Of a DNA stretch of 64,000 nucleotides, positions 50,133 to 60,670 are shown piece after piece; the first letter of the stretch is position 1; each line of letters begins with the position of its first letter. Below the pieces are notes generated by a model that saw only the letters and a list, made by a program, of their open reading frames with translations, was not told where the DNA came from and searched no databases. Source of the stretch: an uncultured Gammaproteobacteria bacterium (GTDB lineage Bacteria > Patescibacteriota > Microgenomatia > Levybacterales > UBA12049); contig CAZFRF010000001.1 in the NCBI GenBank assembly GCA_964521295.1, positions 641,016 to 705,015 of the forward strand. Reading direction: 5' to 3'. The translations under genes were made by a program, and so were the position numbers.

Positions 50133-51887
50133 CTATTTTTTCAAAAAAGGGAGCAGATTATTAAATTCTTCTCTTAAATTTTCTACACTCTCTCCCTGTT
50201 TCTCTTTAATATTTATTTCCTCTGAAATTTCTTTAACTCTTTCTTTAGCATAGATTGCTAGAAGATCTATTATTACTTTTTTGACTTCGCCTAAATAGGC
50301 TTCCGCTTTTTCAAATTTTGGTAAAGGATACAAATAGCAAAAGTCGTAAAGCTTAACAACATCATTTTGTAAGTAGTTGGCAAAAGCCTTATGATCAAAC
50401 GTTGAATTATTTACTAAGTAATCTTTTAAAGCTTCTAAAATTATTGCAAAAGATTTTGTTTGAAATTTATATTTACCCAGTATTTCTTGGTTCTTTTCTA
50501 AAATGATATTAGGAGTTTGCGATTGAATTATTAACGCTAAGAGATATTCCTCAAGAACATCCCTTCTTGGTCTTTTATCTTTAGGAAGTATTTTTATTTT
50601 TTCTTCTTCTTTATTATTTTGAAACTTATCTATTTCCTTTGTAATACTTTCGATTGAAGTGTCAATACTTGTACTCAATTTTTTAATATAATGTTCCTTA
50701 ATAATTTCATTAGAAATTTGTCCAATTAAAGATAAAATACTATCAGTAATTTTCTTTTTCCCATCCATTGTTTTTACATCATATTTATTCACATAGTAAT
50801 TAATTAAATAATCATAAATACTTCCACTTTCTTTTAATGCAATTTTAAATTGTAGGGGATTATTCTTAATTACTTCGTCAGGATCCTTACCATCTTTCAA
50901 CGAAATAATATTTACAACAAGTCCTTTTTTTTCAATAATTCCTAGACTTCTTTTAGTTGCTTCAAAACCAGCTTCATCTTGATCTAAACAAAGGGTCACT
51001 TTCGGAGTAAATCTCGATAGTAAATTTACTTGCTCTTCTGTTAATGCTGTTCCTTTGATTGCAACAACATTTGTAATTCCCTCTGAAAAAAGTGAAATTG
51101 CATCAAACTCTCCTTCAACAATTATTGCATCTTGTTTAGTTTTAATCTCATCTTTAGCCATATTCATACCAAAAAACATACTTCCCTTATGGTATACAGC
51201 TGTTTCTTTTGTATTGATATACTTAGGCATTTGAATATCATCCATTGCTCTACCTGAAAAACCACATATATTTCCCCTGTAGTCATAAAGAGGGAAAATA
51301 ATTCTATTTCTAAAAAAATCAAAAACTCTACCTTTATTTTCAAATGCAATTCCAGCATTTATTAAATCTTTAACTTTATAGTTTTTCTTATTAATTAAAA
51401 AATTGCTCAATGTATTTCCGCCTGGAGCATAACCTATTTCAAAAGTATTAATTAATTTTTCATTTAGTTTTCTTTTTGATAAAAGGTAGTCTTTTGCCTT
51501 TGTTCCAACTTTATGCTCATTTAAAATATAAGTATAAAATTTTAGAGCCAGTTTATTAATTTCAAATATTTTTTCCTTTTCAAAACTTTGACCTTTTTTA
51601 AAATCAGATTCTTTTATTTCTATGCCTGCTCTTTTTGCCAAAAATCTTAAAGCTTCTGGAAATTCCATGTTTTCATATTCCATTAAAAATGAGAAAACAT
51701 CTCCACCCTTACTACATCCAAAACAATGCCAGATTTGTCTTTCCGGAGAAACAACAAATGAAGGGGATTTTTCATTATGAAAAGGGCAATTAGTTTTAAA
51801 ATTTCTACCTAACTTTTTTAATGGCAGATATTCGGATAAAAAAGCAACGATATCAATTTTTTCTCTGATTTGGGAAACTTCATCCAT
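50133..51887 (-). CDS. dnaG: DNA primase DnaG
   Basis: Zinc-binding CPFHNEKSPSFVV...WHCFGCSKGGD, followed by Toprim blocks (EGEFD). Confidence 0.9.
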   Translation of the reverse strand: MDEVSQIREKIDIVAFLSEYLPLKKLGRNFKTNCPFHNEKSPSFVVSPERQIWHCFGCSKGGDVFSFLMEYENMEFPEALRFLAKRAGIEIKESDFKKGQSFEKEKIFEINKLALKFYTYILNEHKVGTKAKDYLLSKRKLNEKLINTFEIGYAPGGNTLSNFLINKKNYKVKDLINAGIAFENKGRVFDFFRNRIIFPLYDYRGNICGFSGRAMDDIQMPKYINTKETAVYHKGSMFFGMNMAKDEIKTKQDAIIVEGEFDAISLFSEGITNVVAIKGTALTEEQVNLLSRFTPKVTLCLDQDEAGFEATKRSLGIIEKKGLVVNIISLKDGKDPDEVIKNNPLQFKIALKESGSIYDYLINYYVNKYDVKTMDGKKKITDSILSLIGQISNEIIKEHYIKKLSTSIDTSIESITKEIDKFQNNKEEEKIKILPKDKRPRRDVLEEYLLALIIQSQTPNIILEKNQEILGKYKFQTKSFAIILEALKDYLVNNSTFDHKAFANYLQNDVVKLYDFCYLYPLPKFEKAEAYLGEVKKVIIDLLAIYAKERVKEISEEINIKEKQGESVENLREEFNNLLPFLKK

Positions 51888-51927
51888 CGTGTGCCTATTG
51901 TAACACTTTACCTATTGATTTTACTAA

Positions 51928-53226
<1,299 letters not shown>

Positions 53227-53272
53227 AATTAGCTATTGACAACATGTTGCTTTTTAAATAGATTAAGACACA

Positions 53273-53788
53273 ATGGGATTTAGCAGATTTGAATACTTAA
53301 GAGGAAAAGGAGAGCCTGGTCAACCAACCCAGCCTCGTCGAGAAAGAACGCTTCAGGAAAAACTCGCTGATCAATATAGATCAAGCACCCCACAAAGACG
53401 AGCAGTTCCTTTGTCTGATGGACAAGGACATGTAATTGGCGGAACAGGGGGAACAGGAAGAGACGCTTTGCCTTATGAAATTTCCTCTTTTTTAGCAACT
53501 GGTGTTCATGAACCTGGCGATGCGCCTATTTCAAGAGGCTATTCAGAAGACACAACGCCAAGCTACAGAACTCTTGCTATGGGAAGAGCGAGTCAAAGAA
53601 TGCAAGAATTTTCCGGCGACAACGTACCCGAAGAAGCTCCAGGTCTCCAATCTATCTTAAAGCAAACTGTTCGAAGAAGAACACAAGAATTTTTAGACGG
53701 GACAAGAACTGGTAGTCAAAGATCTCCTAAGCACCCCAAAGGCGAAAGAAGAGATAAAGGTGGAAGACCACGAGGCAGTAGAAGGTAA
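53273..53788 (+). CDS. hypothetical low-complexity Gly/Arg/Pro/Thr-rich basic protein (possibly spurious); GC-rich relative to flanks
   Basis: 171-aa ORF filling the purA-MBL gap. Candidate promoter TTGACA-17-TAGATT sits at 53240-53270. No SD. Predicted to be disordered. Confidence 0.3.
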   Translation: MGFSRFEYLRGKGEPGQPTQPRRERTLQEKLADQYRSSTPQRRAVPLSDGQGHVIGGTGGTGRDALPYEISSFLATGVHEPGDAPISRGYSEDTTPSYRTLAMGRASQRMQEFSGDNVPEEAPGLQSILKQTVRRRTQEFLDGTRTGSQRSPKHPKGERRDKGGRPRGSRR

Positions 53789-53791
53789 ATT

Positions 53792-54451
53792 ATGGATAAC
53801 ATCAATTGGCTTGGACATGCAGGATTTTCTTTCTTGGATTTAAATGGTAATAAAATTTATTTTATTGATCCGTTTGAATTAAATAATAAACCTCAAGATA
53901 AAGCCGATATTATTCTCATAACCCACGGTCATCCTGATCATTTTTCCCAAGAAGATATTGATAAAATCATTAAACCTGACACATATATCGTTGCAACTAA
54001 GGATGTACTAGATAAATTAAACATAAATGCTTCTCTAAAAATTCAGGTAGAACCAAACAAAAATTACATTGTAAAAGGCTTTCCTTTTAAAACAATTCCA
54101 GCGTACAATAATCATCCACAAAAATTAGGATTTCATCCAAAACAAAATAATTGGGTAGGCTATATCTTTAACATCAATGGTTTAAAGATTTACCATGCAG
54201 GAGATACAGATTTTATTGAAGAAATGAAATCTTTAAATAAAGCAAACTTAGATATTGCCATGCTGCCAATCGGTGGAACCTATACAATGGATTGGAAAGA
54301 AGCAGCAGCAGCTGCAAATGCAATTGAGGCTAAAATTACCATACCAATACATTACAAAAAACCATTAAAAGGGAGTTTTAAAGAAGCAGAGGAAGGGTTT
54401 AAGAAAGCAATAAAAAATTCTAAAGTAATAATTCTTGATGAATTAATTTAA
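53792..54451 (+). CDS. MBL-fold metallo-hydrolase
   Basis: HxHxDH motif ITHGHPDHF and downstream His/Asp ligands (HAGDTDF). Confidence 0.7.
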   Translation: MDNINWLGHAGFSFLDLNGNKIYFIDPFELNNKPQDKADIILITHGHPDHFSQEDIDKIIKPDTYIVATKDVLDKLNINASLKIQVEPNKNYIVKGFPFKTIPAYNNHPQKLGFHPKQNNWVGYIFNINGLKIYHAGDTDFIEEMKSLNKANLDIAMLPIGGTYTMDWKEAAAAANAIEAKITIPIHYKKPLKGSFKEAEEGFKKAIKNSKVIILDELI

Positions 54452-54706
54452 ACCATTAGTTGAATTTACTCTGTCAACAACCATATCAAATGCTCCACTA
54501 GTTGCTTTCAAAATAACCCCTGCAGCAAAAATAGCCAAAGTAGTTTTATTTCCCACTGGTCTTTTCTTATAAAGATCCAAAGCGGTTAAGCCTCCTGCTG
54601 CGAGAAAAGATAAATTTGATAATCTTTCAGCAACATGAGCTGTTCTGTTTGCGCTATCTGCAATAATATTTGCGTGAATATCTGCACGACTTTCTAATCT
54701 AGACAT
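54443..54706 (-). CDS. hypothetical small protein (paralogue-like to the upstream 130-aa ORF)
   Basis: 87 aa. Shares the FLAAGG...L motif with ORF 54733-55125. Confidence 0.35.
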   Translation of the reverse strand: MSRLESRADIHANIIADSANRTAHVAERLSNLSFLAAGGLTALDLYKKRPVGNKTTLAIFAAGVILKATSGAFDMVVDRVNSTNGLN

Positions 54707-54732
54707 CGGGTAAATATATCAAATTAGATCAT

Positions 54733-55125
54733 TTAAGTCAAACTTGCTCTTTTTTGAGCTTCCTCTAAGGCATTTATTCTACCTTGAGTTTCATGTTTCA
54801 TAGAATTTATTCCTTGCTGCCAATCCAAAAGACCTTTACCTAAGCCTACAACTGCAACACCACCAGCAGCCTTTAAAAATTTATTATTCTTAAATACCCC
54901 ATGATCTAAAACTAGAGGTAGAGAATAGGCTGAAGCAGAAATTGTAGCTGATAATAAACTTAAACCAAGTCTTCTTCTCCCCAAGACCGTATTTGCTCTA
55001 CCTACAGACTCAAATTCTTCTCCCCAAACGTGACCCAAGTCATCAGTACTATAAAGTCTTACTAAAGAACTTCCGTTGTTTCCTATAATCTCAGCATGGT
55101 GATGTACAGTAGATTTCTCCTTCAT
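54733..55125 (-). CDS. hypothetical small protein with glycine-zipper-like hydrophobic segment
   Basis: 130 aa, HHH near the N-terminus, FLKAAGGVAVVGLGKGLLD segment. Lies downstream of ruvB in the same orientation. Confidence 0.35.
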   Translation of the reverse strand: MKEKSTVHHHAEIIGNNGSSLVRLYSTDDLGHVWGEEFESVGRANTVLGRRRLGLSLLSATISASAYSLPLVLDHGVFKNNKFLKAAGGVAVVGLGKGLLDWQQGINSMKHETQGRINALEEAQKRASLT

Positions 55126-55171
55126 AAACGCTTAGGACTATAGCAATTCGGAAATAGATTGTCAAACCAGC

Positions 55172-56185
55172 CTATTTCTTTGGATAAGGAAGTTTAAAGT
55201 GTTGATATGCAAGTTCAGTAGCAACTCTTCCTCTAGCTGTTTTTTTCAAAAAACCAATTTGCATTAAATATGGCTCGACTACTTCTTCTATTGTTCCCAT
55301 ATCCTCAGAGATGGTTGAGGCAATTGTCTCAACTCCAACTGGGCCACCATTGTGCTTTTGAATAATCGCTTTTAAATATCTTACATCTGAAGAGTCTAAG
55401 CCAACCTCATCGACCTCGAGAAGATCTAGAGCTTTTTTGACCATTTCTCGGACTAACTTTCCATCACCCTCTACCTGAACAAAGTCACGAGCTCTTTTTA
55501 AAAGTTTTAATCCAATCCTTGGTGTTCCTCGAGCTCTTTTTGCTATTTCTTTTATTGACTCTGCGTCAATTGGCATTTTTAATTTTAATGCTGCTTTTCT
55601 AATTATTTCTTCTAGATTTTTTGGCTCATAGAAAGAAAGTCTTTGAGTTACTCCAAATCTATCTCTTAAAGGAGCTGACATTAGCCCAATACGCGTAGTC
55701 GCACCGATAATTGTAAAGGGAGGAAGGTCTAGCCTTAAAGTACGAGCGGATGGGCCTTTGCCAATAATAATATCTAAAGCGTAATCCTCCATGGCTGGAT
55801 ACAAAGTCTCCTCAACTACTTTATTTAATCTATGAATTTCATCGATAAAAAGAATGTCTCCTTTTTCTAAATTTGTTAAAATTGAGGCTAAATCACCAGC
55901 TCTTTCAATAGCTGGACCAGATGTTACTCTAATATTTACTCCCATTTCCTTTGCAATTAAGTGCGAAAGTGTCGTTTTACCAAGACCAGGGGGGCCATAC
56001 AGTAAAACATGCTCTATAGATTCTTTACGCTTTTTAGCTGCTGAAATAGAAATCTGCAATGATTTCTTTAAATTCTCTTGTCCGTAAAACTCATCCCATG
56101 AAGACGCGCGTAGGGAAGTAAACAATATCTCTTCTTCTGGAGATTTAGTTTCTTTTTTTGTTTTTTCTTTAGAATTATCTTTCAT
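55172..56185 (-). CDS. ruvB: Holliday junction branch-migration helicase RuvB
   Basis: AAA+ Walker [14 protein letters not shown], Walker [11 protein letters not shown] and sensor regions. Confidence 0.93.
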   Translation of the reverse strand: MKDNSKEKTKKETKSPEEEILFTSLRASSWDEFYGQENLKKSLQISISAAKKRKESIEHVLLYGPPGLGKTTLSHLIAKEMGVNIRVTSGPAIERAGDLASILTNLEKGDILFIDEIHRLNKVVEETLYPAMEDYALDIIIGKGPSARTLRLDLPPFTIIGATTRIGLMSAPLRDRFGVTQRLSFYEPKNLEEIIRKAALKLKMPIDAESIKEIAKRARGTPRIGLKLLKRARDFVQVEGDGKLVREMVKKALDLLEVDEVGLDSSDVRYLKAIIQKHNGGPVGVETIASTISEDMGTIEEVVEPYLMQIGFLKKTARGRVATELAYQHFKLPYPKK

Positions 56186-56757
56186 TTACCTAAACTCTTT
56201 AAAGCAAACTTAATCTTTGCGTCCACCGATAAATTTTGATCCTTAATTTCTCCTAAAGCTTTTTGAGATTCTGCGACGCTAAAGCCAAAATTCTTTAATG
56301 CCTCTATTACATCTTTATTATCCTCAAAATCCTTGCCTGAAAGATCTAACTGCGAAGTATTTCCCATTTTATTTTTAAGTTCAATTATCACCTTTTGCGC
56401 ATTTTTTGTACCTAACCTAGGTACAGCTGTAAAAAAAGAAACATTTCCTTTTATTATTGCCTCAATTATATCTTTTCGCTCACCAAATGAAAAAATATTC
56501 AAAGCAGTTTTGGGCCCAATTCCAGAAACAGAGATTAAATCTTCAAATAAATCTAAATCTTCAATCTCGGAAAATCCAAACAAATCCAAGGCGTCTTCGC
56601 GAACATACGTAAAAGTATAAAGTTTTATATTTTGTCCAACGGTTAATTTTTTATAGACATTATCTGAAACCAAAACTTTGTATCCAACGCCACTTACATC
56701 AATAAGCACATATGGTCTTTTAAGAAGATCTATTTTTCCAATGAGGGAACCTATCAT
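56182..56757 (-). CDS. ruvA: Holliday junction DNA-binding protein RuvA
   Basis: N-terminal OB-fold MIGSLIGKI...VSGVGYKV and HhH motifs ([10 protein letters not shown]). Overlaps ruvB. Confidence 0.85.
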   Translation of the reverse strand: MIGSLIGKIDLLKRPYVLIDVSGVGYKVLVSDNVYKKLTVGQNIKLYTFTYVREDALDLFGFSEIEDLDLFEDLISVSGIGPKTALNIFSFGERKDIIEAIIKGNVSFFTAVPRLGTKNAQKVIIELKNKMGNTSQLDLSGKDFEDNKDVIEALKNFGFSVAESQKALGEIKDQNLSVDAKIKFALKSLGK

Positions 56758-56781
56758 AAACTTTACTGATTATAGCACAGC

Positions 56782-57270
56782 TTATTTAGAAAACTGAGCT
56801 GTTTTTACAGAGAACGCATAAGTTGCGGCAATTGCTAAAGCATCAGCAGTATCATCGAACTTGGGAATCTCTTTAAGGCCATACAAAAGCTTAATCATTT
56901 GACCGATTTGTTTTTTTTCAGCCCTCCCATAACCAGTAATTGCCATTTTTACCTCTAGCGGTGTATAAATCCCCAATTCTAAATTATTCTGCGACGCTAG
57001 CAGTAACACCACACCTCTTGCTTGTCCAACTACAAATGCCGTCTTGGCATTACTACCAAAAAACAATTCTTCAATAGATAATCTATCAGGTTTATATTTT
57101 TTAATTGTTTTTGCTAAAAATAAATAAATTTCTTCCAACCTCTTCTCTACCTCCAACTTAGAGCTAGTCTCAATACAGCCATAATCTATAGCTTTTAGCT
57201 TGGAACCACTATAATCTACAATTGCCCATCCGCACCTACCTATTCCGGGATCAATTCCGAGGATTCTCAT
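56782..57270 (-). CDS. ruvC: Crossover junction endodeoxyribonuclease RuvC
   Basis: RILGIDPGIGRCGWAIVD N-terminus with a catalytic Asp. RNase-H-like length of 162 aa. Confidence 0.85.
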   Translation of the reverse strand: MRILGIDPGIGRCGWAIVDYSGSKLKAIDYGCIETSSKLEVEKRLEEIYLFLAKTIKKYKPDRLSIEELFFGSNAKTAFVVGQARGVVLLLASQNNLELGIYTPLEVKMAITGYGRAEKKQIGQMIKLLYGLKEIPKFDDTADALAIAATYAFSVKTAQFSK

Positions 57271-57323
57271 TTTTCGATTATATCACTTGCCAAACCCCAA
57301 GCATTCAGGTAGAATAGTTAACT

Positions 57324-58031
57324 ATGAAGCACGAAAAGCTTAAGGTAGAGACAAGAAAAGTCTTAGGTAAAAAAGTTAGAAAGCTAAGACGCGAAGGCAT
57401 ATTGCCTGCAAATGTCTATGGGAAAGACATTGAATCAACCGCAGTTCAAGTTTCAACACAAGCATTTATCGATGTTTATTCCAAAACTGGCGAAACCGGC
57501 CTTGTAGACTTGGAATTAGATGGAAAAACAATTCCAGTTTTAATTCAAAACGTATATCAAGATTTCAGACAAAATTATCTCCATGCAGATTTCTTCAAAG
57601 TTAACTTAAAAGAAAAAGTTAAAGCCAATATCCCACTTGAAGTTATTGGTGAACCAAAAGCAGTTACTGAAAAGGTCGGAATCTTAATGAATATTATCTC
57701 AGAAGTCGAAGTTGAAGCTCTTCCATCAGAACTTCCTGAAAAAATTGAAGTTAATGTTGAAAATCTTTCTAATGTTGGAGATCAAATTACCGTTGCTGAT
57801 TTAACAATTAGCCCAGACGTAACTATCTTAACAGATGCAGGTCAAATTGTAGCTAAAATTGACGAATTAGTTTCCAAAGAAGCTCAAGAGCAAGCTGCCG
57901 AAGAAGCCGCAGCAGCTGAAGCCGCAGCAGCTGAAGGTGCTGAAGGCGAAGCACCAGCTGAAGGATCAGAACAACCAGCAACCGAAGGCGAAGCACCAAC
58001 ACAAACCGAAGAAGCTCCCAAAGAAGCTTAA
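57324..58031 (+). CDS. rplY: 50S ribosomal protein L25 / general stress protein Ctc with Ala/Glu-rich C-terminal tail
   Basis: N-terminal L25 block (LKVETRKVLGKKVRKLRREGILPANVYGK) and Ctc-type C-terminal beta-domain, then a low-complexity AAAAEAAAAEGAEGEAP tail. Confidence 0.8.
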   Translation: MKHEKLKVETRKVLGKKVRKLRREGILPANVYGKDIESTAVQVSTQAFIDVYSKTGETGLVDLELDGKTIPVLIQNVYQDFRQNYLHADFFKVNLKEKVKANIPLEVIGEPKAVTEKVGILMNIISEVEVEALPSELPEKIEVNVENLSNVGDQITVADLTISPDVTILTDAGQIVAKIDELVSKEAQEQAAEEAAAAEAAAAEGAEGEAPAEGSEQPATEGEAPTQTEEAPKEA

Positions 58032-58480
58032 TACCCCTTTTGTTTTAATTCTTTATCCAATTCTAATAATTCTTTCTCATTTGGACTATACTTTAAAGCT
58101 GAATCCAAAGAATCTCTACTCTCTTTAAATTTACCTAATTGAAAGTATAAAATCGCAATATTAAAATACCCATGAGAATATCCTTCATATTTTTGAGTTA
58201 TAGACTTCCAAAAATTTATTTTTCCTTCTATCTGAACTCTTTGGTTTGACAATTTTGTGTATGTGTCTAAATTTTGTGAAAATCTAAAGGCTAGAAATAT
58301 TGTTAAACTTGCTAAAATTACAATTAAAATTAAGGTTAAAATTGTCGAAGCTACTACGATACTCTTCTTAATTACTGGAGTTTTATTTATTTGTTGCCAT
58401 TTTTTAGAAAGAACCCCAAAATATGAGTTTTCGGTAAATCTTCGGGGAATATTCGGGAATTTATTCGGTAATTTTTTCAT
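58028..58480 (-). CDS. Membrane-anchored TPR-like repeat protein
   Basis: One TM helix, then a TPR-like helical segment (GYFNIAILYFQLGKFKESRDSLDSALKYSPN). Confidence 0.4.
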   Translation of the reverse strand: MKKLPNKFPNIPRRFTENSYFGVLSKKWQQINKTPVIKKSIVVASTILTLILIVILASLTIFLAFRFSQNLDTYTKLSNQRVQIEGKINFWKSITQKYEGYSHGYFNIAILYFQLGKFKESRDSLDSALKYSPNEKELLELDKELKQKGY

Positions 58481-60644
58481 CTGCTAAATATTTAGCTTCA
58501 AAATTTGGCCATCTTGAAATCATCAGGTATTCCCCACTACCCCACAGCTTTTGATAGATCTCTTCTGTAATAAAAGGCATAAAAGGATGCAAAAGCTTTA
58601 AGATGACCAAGAAGCTTGATGTTAAGACCTCAAAAGTATCTTTTGAATTCAAATCCTCTTCGCTAAGCGCTTCTTTAGATTTTTCAATATAATAATCAGC
58701 AAATCTATGCCAAGCAAAATCATAGAGCTTTTCTGAAGCTAAATTAAACTGAAAAGCATCAATATTTTTAGTAATTTCTATGGCTAGTTCTTTAATTTCT
58801 GAAGTAAGCTCTTTGTTAGAATTTAACTTGTAAGCTTTTTGTTTTTCTAATAATTCATTTAAAGAAAGACTTGAGACATGTAAATCTGGCTTTTGACTTA
58901 TTTGATATTCAATAAATCTAGCCATATTCCAAAGTTTATTAGCGAATTTTCTAGCTGCATCTAACTTAGTGTATGACAAAGACTGATCGTTACCAGTAGC
59001 GTTTCCATATATAAGCGCAAATCTAACAGCATCCGCTCCATACTGATCAATTAGCTCTAAAGGATTAACTACATTGCCCTTACTCTTACTCATCTTTTTA
59101 CCATATGGGTCATTCACTAAACCATGAAATAAAACATTTTTAAATGGTATCTCCCCTGTTACATATACTCCTAACATCACCATTCTCGAGACCCATGCTT
59201 TTAAAATATCGTAAGCAGTCTCCATGACTGAAGTTGGATAAAATGTTTCGAAATCCCCTGCCCCTGCGGTTTTTAATGTAACATAGGGCCATTGTCCTGA
59301 AGAAAACCAAGTATCAAAGGTATCCGTATCTTGAACTAAATTAATTCCCGAGCATTTCCCGCATTTTTCCCTAATTTCCCCTTCTGTTACGCTCCACTCT
59401 CCACAATCCTGACATTTCCAAGCTGGAATTCTAATTCCCCAAACGATTTGCCTAGAAATATTCCAATCCCTTAAGCCCTCTAGCCATTGAAAATAAATAG
59501 TTTCAAAATTTTTAGGGGTAATTTTAATCTTACCTTCTTTAACTATTTCAATAGCTTTTTTCTTCAACCCCTCAACTTTAATAAACCATTGCTCAAGAGG
59601 AAGCGGTTCAATTGGATTCTTACATTTATAGCAAAGGGCAATTCTGTGAACATAGTTTTCGTCTACATGATCAATCAGCCCTTTTTCTTGCATTTCAGCC
59701 ACTATCTGCTTTCTGGCCTCCTTGGCATACAAACCTGCAAATTTTCCTGCTTTAGTCATCATCTTACCGTCATAACCTATTACTTGAACCAGGGGTAAAT
59801 CATGCCTTTTAGAGACTTCAAAATCATCGAAATCATGAGCAGGAGTAATTTTTACCACACCTGTGCCAAATTCTGGATCAACGAACTCATCGGCTACTAC
59901 TTTTATCTTAGCTTTACCCAAAACTGTCTCGATTTCAATTTCTTTACCGATATACTCAAGATAGCGCTTATCCTTAGGATTAACTGCTACAGCTGTATCG
60001 CCAAATTTAGTTTCTGGTCGAGTTGTGGCTAAAACTAATGGACCATATTTAATGTAATACAAAGGATTTGTTCTTTCTTCGTAAACTACTTCTAAATCCG
60101 AGAAACTTGTACCATCAAATGTACAATAATTAACTAATTTGTAGTCTCTATAGACTAGGCCATCATCATACATTTTTTTGAATGTTTGATAAACTAGCTT
60201 AACAATATCTGAATCTAAAGTATATTTTTCCCTAGACCAATCTAAAGAAAGCCCTAATTTTCTTAATTGATTTTCAATTCCTCCCCTATTCTCTTCTACG
60301 TAATCAAAAATCATTTTATAGAGTGTTTCTTGATCAAAATCTAAGCGAGATTTACCCTCTGATTTTAATTTTTTCTCAAATACAAATTGAGTCTCTATCC
60401 CCGCATGATCTGTCCCTGGAAGCCAAAGAGTTTTGTCGCCTAACATCCTGTGGTATCTAACTAGAATATCTTCGACTGTAAACATTGCATGACCAAAATG
60501 AAGTGCTCCATTAGCGTTTGGTGGGGGTAAAATTATGGAAAATGGCTTTCCATTAGGATTAATTTCTGGTTTAAAAAAACCTTTTTCTTCCCATGTTTTG
60601 TAATTTTTTTCTTCTGTAACTTTATGATCGTAAATTTTGTCCAT
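58461..60644 (-). CDS. valS: Valyl-tRNA synthetase (short form lacking the C-terminal coiled-coil)
   Basis: HIGH region PPPNANGALHFGHA, WLPGTDHAGIETQ ValRS-specific block, and KMSKS motif KMSKSKGN. 727 aa. Confidence 0.85.
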   Translation of the reverse strand: MDKIYDHKVTEEKNYKTWEEKGFFKPEINPNGKPFSIILPPPNANGALHFGHAMFTVEDILVRYHRMLGDKTLWLPGTDHAGIETQFVFEKKLKSEGKSRLDFDQETLYKMIFDYVEENRGGIENQLRKLGLSLDWSREKYTLDSDIVKLVYQTFKKMYDDGLVYRDYKLVNYCTFDGTSFSDLEVVYEERTNPLYYIKYGPLVLATTRPETKFGDTAVAVNPKDKRYLEYIGKEIEIETVLGKAKIKVVADEFVDPEFGTGVVKITPAHDFDDFEVSKRHDLPLVQVIGYDGKMMTKAGKFAGLYAKEARKQIVAEMQEKGLIDHVDENYVHRIALCYKCKNPIEPLPLEQWFIKVEGLKKKAIEIVKEGKIKITPKNFETIYFQWLEGLRDWNISRQIVWGIRIPAWKCQDCGEWSVTEGEIREKCGKCSGINLVQDTDTFDTWFSSGQWPYVTLKTAGAGDFETFYPTSVMETAYDILKAWVSRMVMLGVYVTGEIPFKNVLFHGLVNDPYGKKMSKSKGNVVNPLELIDQYGADAVRFALIYGNATGNDQSLSYTKLDAARKFANKLWNMARFIEYQISQKPDLHVSSLSLNELLEKQKAYKLNSNKELTSEIKELAIEITKNIDAFQFNLASEKLYDFAWHRFADYYIEKSKEALSEEDLNSKDTFEVLTSSFLVILKLLHPFMPFITEEIYQKLWGSGEYLMISRWPNFEAKYLADEKITE

Positions 60645-60670
60645 TAAGCTATTTTAACATAGCCTCGAGG

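Noticed and set aside
53233-53258. Palindrome CAACATGTTG followed by a T-run after purA, as a rho-independent terminator
   Set aside because: The palindrome has no loop, so the effective stem is only about 3 bp. The same bases form the TTGACA of a candidate promoter. I am not confident it terminates transcription.
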